A stretch of 14,231 bases of DNA, from positions 1-14,231 of the forward strand of contig CBDHHL010000006.1 of assembly GCA_965263355.1 (NCBI GenBank), written 5' to 3'. How positions within the stretch are numbered: position 1 is the first letter of the stretch; each line of letters begins with the position of its first letter. Position numbers and translations under genes: made by a program. The notes beneath the pieces were generated by a model that was not told the origin of the DNA, searched no databases, and saw nothing but the letters and a program-made list of their open reading frames with translations. Source of the stretch: Leptolyngbyaceae cyanobacterium (lineage in GTDB: Bacteria > Cyanobacteriota > Cyanobacteriia > Phormidesmidales > Phormidesmidaceae). Shown in pieces: positions 1 through 6,250 of the stretch.

Positions 1-82
1 CCCACAAGAACTACAGCCCGGCACCCAACTCCAGGTGCCTCACGACACCAACCACACGGAGCCCATACCCAATGACCAATAG
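1..82 (+). CDS. Probable C-terminus of ORF3 (…PPQELQPGTQLQVPHDTNHTEPIPNDQ*) if the window is circular or tandem
   Basis: Joining 14231 to 1 (CC+C) keeps the ORF3 frame open to TAG at 80-82. All three frames are open for ~25 codons here, so the frame match alone is not decisive. Confidence 0.55.
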   Translation, partial: PQELQPGTQLQVPHDTNHTEPIPNDQ

Positions 83-220
83 CAAACATGATTAAATAAA
101 CACCCACACCAACCATTCAATATACACACAATACCCATGTCACACAATACACACATCACACTAAAACACTTGAGCATGCCACTTCCACTAATACAAACCA
201 AATAACCAAACAAATTGTTG

Positions 221-236
221 TCACACTTTCTCTCAG
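221..236 (+). promoter_or_regulatory. Putative 3' splice acceptor for env mRNA
   Basis: Pyrimidine tract tcacactttctctcAG, with a branch-like CACTAAT at 186-192. It is followed in frame by a Met-less signal peptide. Confidence 0.65.
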
Positions 237-2966
237 CGCCCTCTAACCACACTATTCTTACAGCTTTCCACTGCCATTGTGGTCGCACAAGCATTCACTG
301 CTTATGATTGCGCCCACAATAACATCACGGCCACCATCATTGACCTGACAGAACCGGACCACTGCGCCACCCTTGACCCAGGCTCCTACTCAGAGACCAA
401 TGTCACAGTGTCTGTGATATCCACTGCCAACAGGCTCACGATACAAGCGGTCCAATGCCGGGTACTCCTCACCCAGAAGGCAGTTTATTGCGGCTCAGGC
501 CATGCCACTTATGGCACCAGATTCCTGGAGATTGAGAAGCCCATCCACATCTCACCCTCCCACTGCACTGACCAGGATGGCCCCATCATAGCCGACGGCC
601 AACCTTACCCAGCCAATACCTTGGACCATGGAGACAAATACTCCACCTCCTATCCACGAGGCAACCTCGACCACGACCACTACTGCGAGACCGAGTCCTT
701 CACCTACAATGGTGTCTCCTTCTCCTCCCACTACGTGGAACAGGTCGCCAGAACAACCAGAGCCTCCATTACAGGGACCTACAATGCCGCCTCGGGCACA
801 GTCACCTTTGGCAACGTCGCCGTCCCCTTCGCCCAGGGCTACCTGCAAGACGTTACCTTGGGCACCATCACTTGGAACACGACCAATGTCCAGTGCAAAT
901 CCACCACGGACATCATCTACAAGGGCAACGCCACCAAACACTCCCCCACGGACACGACGACTGGAGGCATCACGATCATCACCATTGGCAACTCCAACAC
1001 CAAACAATACGGAGCCTTCACCTTGAAGCAACCCATTCCCCTTTGCGGCAAAGCTTGCTTCGCCACACAGCTGGAGGACTTCACTATCTGTTTCACGGAT
1101 ACACCCGAGACCCACTTCGGCACAGACCCACTCCCTACGCTCGACTTCCACAACACGGAAAGGTTGGCTGGAATCCATACCTTCCAGGTCAACCACGCCC
1201 TCACCACCAGGTCCAATTTCCAGGCCATCAATAAGGCCCTTTGCGAAGTCGATGCCAAGACCATTGCCAACAAGCGGCAACACATCCTGGCCACGGATTC
1301 ATCCGCCGCCGTCATGGACCTCTACGGCCCAGGTTACCAGGTCACCAGGGCTGGGGCAGTAGCATATGTGGCCAAATGCGTACCCATTGAGGTTAACATC
1401 TATGAAGAAGCCCACAATTGCACCCAGGAGCTCCCTGTCATTCTACCCGCGGAGTACAAAGACAGGATCCGCTACATGGACCCAGTCACCAAGATAGTCA
1501 CCAGCTATCCCACCTACACGGTCTGTTCAGAGATCATCAGACCCATGATTAAGATCGGCAACACCTGGTACGAATATGGCCCCATCCGCAACTCCTCCAA
1601 CACGTTCAGACCGGCAACCATCACCCCCACGGTGATTACCTCCACGGTCCTCAAACTCAAGCTGTTCCACTTCGAGATAATACTTGCTGCCTCCATCTAC
1701 ACGGAACAGGACAAGGTCGAGTACAACCTGTATATCACACAGATCTCAGCCAGAGCGCCCATAACCTCCTCCATGGTCAACAGCAAGCTTGACTACGCAG
1801 ACAACCCACAAGCGGCTCTGACCTTCGATGACACCTCCTTCAAGTCCCTCAAATCGGCCTTCCTCTTCCTGGTTAACCCCATAGCCTACATCCTGGGAGA
1901 CGTCGGTCAATACTACATGTGGTTCATGTCCTTCCTGCTCTTCTTAGTCATGCTAAAAGTAGCAGCCGAAGGCATTTACCACATCCTCCTCCAGTACTCA
2001 ACCGATGGCTGCGGTACCTGGTGCCTCCTGGCATGGCTCCGCACTTGCTGGAACGTCGCCAAGGCACCTGTAGCCATCAATGATGCCGCCGTAGAACGCT
2101 TGGTGGACGACCACCCGACACAGAACCACATCCAAATTGAGATGACAGACATGGCACTCCCATCCAGAGACATTGAACAGGAAAGAAGAGACTTTGATCC
2201 CAGGGAGTTTGCAAGCCACAGACCTCCCTCCTACACGACGGCAACTGCACCTCCATTGACAAACCTCGTCAGGTACCCCTCCCTGACGTCCCTCACCTCG
2301 GCACGCGCCCTCCAAGCAGCAGTCGACCCCATGCGTGCTGCTGTCACCACGGCAGCCACAACCCTGAGACGACTGCGCTCAGCCTCGCGGGAAACACTGC
2401 GACGCAGAGCAAATTCAGATACCGCCTCCAGAGCATGGTCAGCCACCAGAGACCTCGCCACAAGAGCACGCAGTGCCTCGGCCAGCACGGCGCGCAGCCT
2501 TTCCCGGGCCGCTTCAAGAGCCGCTTCGGAAAGGTCCTTCAGGAATTCCACGGGCTCACTGAACGCAATCAGACGGTCATTCCGCCAGGGCTCCACCAGG
2601 GCCCTGACACAACTCAATGGATCCCTCAGATCCCTAGCAGCGGCCTCCGATCAGACAATCAACACGAGCAGGCGCGCAGCCAGACACGCCTTACACCAGA
2701 TTGAGGACGATGCCCGCAGTACATTCTCCAAAGCGAGCTCCGCAGCCTCCCGCGCCTCCCGCAAGGCCCGGAAGGTTGCTTTCGCTGCAGCCAGACGAGT
2801 CAGAACATCATCCACCCTGGCTTACCGGCTAATCCAACATCCCCAGGACGCTAACGTCCTGACTCTCGCACCTGATGATGCACGTGCCCCGCTCCTGGAC
2901 GCCGAACCACCTAGGAGACCCCCACGCCGCTCTAGACGTGATCGTCACGAGGACACTAGACACTAA
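237..2966 (+). CDS. env: Env-like class III fusion glycoprotein, chuvirus (Jingchuvirales) G-like, with long basic cytoplasmic tail
   Basis: Signal-like RPLTTLFLQLSTAIVVAQA|FTAYDC. Motifs I recognise from chuviral G: AYDC, QCRV..YCG, PGY...AG....KCVPIEV, CxxELPV, C..IRP....WY, IYT. About six N-x-S/T sequons, membrane-proximal FLVNPIA, TM at about 1911-1990. The frame is open from 192 but has no ATG near the start; the track start at 279 is GTG. Confidence 0.88.
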   Translation, partial: RPLTTLFLQLSTAIVVAQAFTAYDCAHNNITATIIDLTEPDHCATLDPGSYSETNVTVSVISTANRLTIQAVQCRVLLTQKAVYCGSGHATYGTRFLEIEKPIHISPSHCTDQDGPIIADGQPYPANTLDHGDKYSTSYPRGNLDHDHYCETESFTYNGVSFSSHYVEQVARTTRASITGTYNAASGTVTFGNVAVPFAQGYLQDVTLGTITWNTTNVQCKSTTDIIYKGNATKHSPTDTTTGGITIITIGNSNTKQYGAFTLKQPIPLCGKACFATQLEDFTICFTDTPETHFGTDPLPTLDFHNTERLAGIHTFQVNHALTTRSNFQAINKALCEVDAKTIANKRQHILATDSSAAVMDLYGPGYQVTRAGAVAYVAKCVPIEVNIYEEAHNCTQELPVILPAEYKDRIRYMDPVTKIVTSYPTYTVCSEIIRPMIKIGNTWYEYGPIRNSSNTFRPATITPTVITSTVLKLKLFHFEIILAASIYTEQDKVEYNLYITQISARAPITSSMVNSKLDYADNPQAALTFDDTSFKSLKSAFLFLVNPIAYILGDVGQYYMWFMSFLLFLVMLKVAAEGIYHILLQYSTDGCGTWCLLAWLRTCWNVAKAPVAINDAAVERLVDDHPTQNHIQIEMTDMALPSRDIEQERRDFDPREFASHRPPSYTTATAPPLTNLVRYPSLTSLTSARALQAAVDPMRAAVTTAATTLRRLRSASRETLRRRANSDTASRAWSATRDLATRARSASASTARSLSRAASRAASERSFRNSTGSLNAIRRSFRQGSTRALTQLNGSLRSLAAASDQTINTSRRAARHALHQIEDDARSTFSKASSAASRASRKARKVAFAAARRVRTSSTLAYRLIQHPQDANVLTLAPDDARAPLLDAEPPRRPPRRSRRDRHEDTRH

Positions 2967-3035
2967 CCCGTGCCTATTGCAGCCACTCTTGCCGCACCGC
3001 CGCCTACGACCTAAAGGCCTACACCGCGCTGCTCC

Positions 3036-3043
3036 GGAGGATT
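3036..3043 (+). other. Possible short polypurine tract (GGAGGAtt) before the LTR
   Basis: Purine run just 5' of TGTGA at 3044 and about 70 nt after the env stop. It is shorter than a typical PPT. Confidence 0.4.
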
Positions 3044-3138
3044 TGTGAGCAGCTGCAACACGACGATCATTACACACAACAAGGACATAACACACACGGA
3101 AGAAGACGCATACGAACACAACCCTTTCACGCTGGAAG

Positions 3139-3180
3139 CTATATACACATATACATATATACACATATTACATACACACG
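3139..3180. repeat. Degenerate (TA/CA)n low-complexity tract in U3
   Basis: ctatatacacatatacatatatacacatattacatacacacg. Confidence 0.6.
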
Positions 3181-3198
3181 TTACATGACCTTTTACAC

Positions 3199-3212
3199 AA
3201 TAAAAGTCAGTC
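3199..3212 (+). promoter_or_regulatory. Poly(A) signal AATAAA followed by initiator-like TCAGTC
   Basis: AATAAA at 3199-3204 and TCAGTC at 3207-3212. This matches the TCAGTY initiator known from invertebrate gypsy-like LTRs with short R regions. Confidence 0.6.
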
Positions 3213-3531
3213 TTGACAACACGCTAAAACAGTTCACACGTTTCATGCGTTATCGTATATATTCTTATTCCTAAGTGCATTTATTCCGTGATATCTATCC
3301 GTCAACATAGGTAACTATATTCATAAGTATAAGTATATTAGGATACCAGTAAAGCGATGGTATCCACATATACGTGATTAGGTCTCTTGACCTATAGCTA
3401 GGATACAAGGCCTGATAAAGCGATATCTCCCTTTATCAGACCCGACCTAAAGGCGCCGAGGTTACATAACGTCCTCACACGCCTTAAGTGATCATTACCC
3501 CTTCCTTAGGGAGATAGGGTAAGATCACAAA

Positions 3532-3544
3532 TGGTGGCAGCGGT
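3532..3544 (+). other. Primer binding site, complementary to the 3' end of tRNA-Leu
   Basis: TGGTGGCAGCGGT is the reverse complement of ACCGCTGCCA-CCA, the 3' end of metazoan tRNA-Leu(AAG-type) as I recall it. It lies 2 nt after the LTR-terminal CA. Confidence 0.85.
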
Positions 3545-3891
3545 TTTAAACAACCCATGCCATTATTTTCCCCTCAAATATTGCTCACGCTACCACTTAA
3601 CATTCCAATTTATTTTCCGTTAGCTACAAGCTAGCTTCTGTGAGAAAATACTGCATTTATAATGCATTTCCTCCCAACGGTCGCCCTATATTTCTTAAAT
3701 TAGGTGGTCATTCCAAGCTACTTCTTTTCATTTCCGCCATACTAAACTCCCCATGTATAGAGATCATCGGCATCCAACACGTGGTGTCAGCTAATGCAGG
3801 CAAACATCCGCTAGCATTACCCCACCATGTGCTTGTGTGCTGAGCCCCGCTTTTGAGCCAGTGTGATGTAAAACAGGGCGCCAAATTTAAA

Positions 3892-4290
3892 CGTCTGGGA
3901 CGGTGCTTTCTTCAAAGCGAAACTGACTGTGTGTCAACAGGGGAGGCTGTGTGCCTCCTCTGGATCTCTTAGCCGGGCTAATTGATCAATCGGGTAGCAA
4001 CAACCGAGATGCTCTGGGAGCATCCTATAGGACGCCAGTTTTCTCCTCCTATAGTAACAGCATGTGTGTACTGGGTGCACACCACACAATAGAGCACTGT
4101 GTGTGCATTGTGTGACAATTTGTATACACGGGGTGTATACGGTGCTTCCTCTCTGGGAGAGGAGCTAGTCGGGGACTAGCCATGCTCTGCGTGTGCACAT
4201 TATACTGTACCGGGTACAGTGCGCTGTGTGCGCGGCTGTGTGCCGAATGAGTGATGCTATGCATCTCCCTTGGGACCTCTAATGTCCCCA
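3892..4290 (+). other. Dense stem-loop array in the 5' leader (candidate packaging signal)
   Basis: More than 15 adjacent inverted repeats; eight have C-[T/C/G]GG-G loops and five have C-TGTGT-G loops. Confidence 0.8.
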
Positions 4291-4886
4291 TCCTTGCTGG
4301 TCGCTGTCAGAAAACGGGTGCGCCCTGAAAAGTGGAACATGCCTATATGCATAGCTACAGCCCTCTTATCTAACACGGCCTACCTATGCATCATAGTGCA
4401 CGGTCTCTCTATACATAATGAGTAGTCACTGGCATCTTAACATTGCCTCTAACAATTAACATTCAGTCTCTCTGACCCCTCCAAACTGTTCACGCATCTT
4501 GACCACCCACCATGCAACTTCCAACCCTCCCTCTTGCTCTAATTATAGTAAGCGACCGTTAAGACATATGCTTCAGCACATTATATTTAACCCTTCTTTC
4601 TTAGGTTCAGCGCACTCTTTACACGCGCGGGCTTTTCCCTAAGAAAGTTATAAAAACCCTTCTACCACTTTCCTAACTCTTAATTGTTTCCACACACTCA
4701 CACTTCACATACTAACACCAGAATCGCTTTTCTGATTCTGTCCCATAAGCCTTGGCTTATACTCAACACGATCCAGCTATAATTCCACGAAGTGTCCCCC
4801 ATACAAGGTCCAATCAGTAGCCGTCGCAAGCTGCCAGATCGCTACCAATATACGATCCGAGGTCTCTGACCTCCCAACTTTAACCT

Positions 4887-4977
4887 ACTGATCCAGCACA
4901 CTGCTCAAGAGTAGCGGTCTATCAGTATCCACTTCCCACTGATCCAGCACACTGCTCAAGAGTAGCGGTCTATCAGT
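4887..4977 (+). repeat. Perfect 40-bp direct repeat x2 (4887-4926, 4938-4977), each able to fold as a hairpin
   Basis: actgatccagcacactgctcaagagtagcggtctatcagt occurs twice with an 11-nt spacer and ends 6 nt before the gag ATG. Confidence 0.95.
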
Positions 4978-4983
4978 GCAAAG

Positions 4984-6228
4984 ATGAACGACCACGAGAG
5001 AGCCATTTACGCCGATAAGCTTGCCCTCAAGCAAGCTTATGCGCCGTTCCCTGTACTGTCCACCACGGATCCCACCGACTTCAAACGTTGGAGGGATTCC
5101 TTCACAGAGATCGCTATCCTCAACCGCACCAGGGAGCAGGACGCTGTCCGTGCTGCCAGGAACAACCTAAAAGGTGCGGCTTTGCAAAGAGCCAAGCAGA
5201 TTGTTCCAATCATCACAGACGATGACCCCTATACAGGCACTAAACTGTCGCAGTACATGTTTTGCCTGTCCAAGGCCTTCTTGGATGATGCTTCCCCTGC
5301 CAGGAACCTCAAACTGTTCCAAACGGCAGCACAAAAGCACGGCGAAGATTTCCACGACTTGGCTGTGAGGATCAAGACCTACTACATGGAGGCTTATCCC
5401 ACAGCCAACCACGATAACATAGAGGCAAACACCCTCGTGATTGACCGCTATGTGGATGCCATTAAGGACCTCAGCATTCAGCAGTCCTTACTCTCTGTGC
5501 AGAAGCCAACCATATCGGCCACGTCCCAGATTGCATACCGGTTGCGGCAATCCGTCTTGCAATCTTACATCAGCTGTGCACCAGACAAGATCCTCGAGCT
5601 CCAGCGGTTGAGACCGTTCCTCTTCATCTCTCCTGAGGAAATTTCAGGCTTGCCAGGCCACCAAACCTACCAACAGGACCAGTCAATCAACCAAATGGCT
5701 CCCCCACCAGCACCCCCACAGGCGCCAACTGCAGCAACCCCTGCAACACCAGCAAGTGAACCTATTCCACCGGCACAGCCTCAGCCATCAACATCTTTCA
5801 ATATAGATCCAACCCAGCTGCAGGCAGCCCTCGGCATTCAAGCTTTCATGAATGCTGCTACCAGATCCCCTCAGAAGTCAACCTCCAGAGGCCAGGGAAG
5901 ACCAAAGCCGCGCCAACAGTCGCGCACCGACCTCTCAACGGTCACCTGCTACAACTGTGGCACCAAGGGGCATCTGGCTAGAAATTGCACCAGGCCCAAA
6001 CCAAATTCCTCAGTCAGGCTGGTCCTCCCCAGACGGTCAAGCAACCAGTCAGGCAGAAATTCCACTGCTAGAAAGTCTTTCCATAACAAGCTCAGGCAGA
6101 GGATCAACGCCCTCTCAGCTGAGGACTTCGGCAGATTCGCTGAATCCATCAGCAATCTGGAATACACAAGTGATCCAGAAGCCTCGGACATCACTGACGA
6201 GGAGTCCGACGCAGAGCAGGGAAACTAG
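4984..6228 (+). CDS. gag: Gag (capsid plus single CCHC nucleocapsid knuckle), 414 aa
   Basis: MHR-like QKHGEDFHDLAVRIKTYYMEAYP, Pro-rich linker, CYNCGTKGHLARNC (5947-5988), basic then acidic C-terminus, located upstream of pol. Confidence 0.93.
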   Translation: MNDHERAIYADKLALKQAYAPFPVLSTTDPTDFKRWRDSFTEIAILNRTREQDAVRAARNNLKGAALQRAKQIVPIITDDDPYTGTKLSQYMFCLSKAFLDDASPARNLKLFQTAAQKHGEDFHDLAVRIKTYYMEAYPTANHDNIEANTLVIDRYVDAIKDLSIQQSLLSVQKPTISATSQIAYRLRQSVLQSYISCAPDKILELQRLRPFLFISPEEISGLPGHQTYQQDQSINQMAPPPAPPQAPTAATPATPASEPIPPAQPQPSTSFNIDPTQLQAALGIQAFMNAATRSPQKSTSRGQGRPKPRQQSRTDLSTVTCYNCGTKGHLARNCTRPKPNSSVRLVLPRRSSNQSGRNSTARKSFHNKLRQRINALSAEDFGRFAESISNLEYTSDPEASDITDEESDAEQGN

Positions 6229-6250
6229 ATCAGCCGGGTTCCACCCGGCT
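6219..6250 (+). promoter_or_regulatory. -1 programmed ribosomal frameshift signal
   Basis: Slippery G_GGA_AAC (6219-6225) in the gag frame directly before TAG, a 6-nt spacer, then an 8-bp stem AGCCGGGT-tcc-ACCCGGCT (6232-6250). The -1 frame is open from 6198 into pol. Confidence 0.9.

Larger units (their letters stand above)
3044..3529 (+). repeat. Single long terminal repeat (~486 bp)
   Basis: 5-bp inverted termini TGTGA (3044) and TCACA (3529). A PBS follows after 2 nt, with internal AATAAA and TCAGTC and an AT-rich non-coding composition. The 3' boundary is well supported; the 5' boundary is inferred because there is no second copy. Confidence 0.75.

Noticed and set aside
91..100. AATAAA after the putative ORF3 stop as a poly(A) site
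   Set aside because: There is no GU-rich downstream element, the context is A-rich, and use would truncate the genomic RNA. It cannot be supported without 3'-end data.
552..1283. 243 aa antisense ORF and other short overlapping ORFs in env, gag and pol
   Set aside because: These are shadow frames from the C/A-rich codon bias, with no recognisable motifs.
3405..3445. Hammerhead ribozyme suggested by CTGATAA
   Set aside because: The core would need CUGANGA plus GAAA in a three-way junction. Here the bases sit in a simple 9-bp stem.
3936..3952. AACAGGGGAGGC-TGTG as PPT plus LTR start
   Set aside because: It lies downstream of the clear PBS, no later CA+PBS closes such an LTR, and it is explained as the 5' arm of a 10-bp UGUGU hairpin.
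3640..4291. Small ORFs in the leader (67 aa +, 80 aa -)
   Set aside because: They are short with no motifs, and the region is better explained by RNA structure.
4887..4977. CRISPR-like repeat-spacer
   Set aside because: Only two copies with an 11-nt spacer, no cas genes, and a eukaryotic retroelement context.
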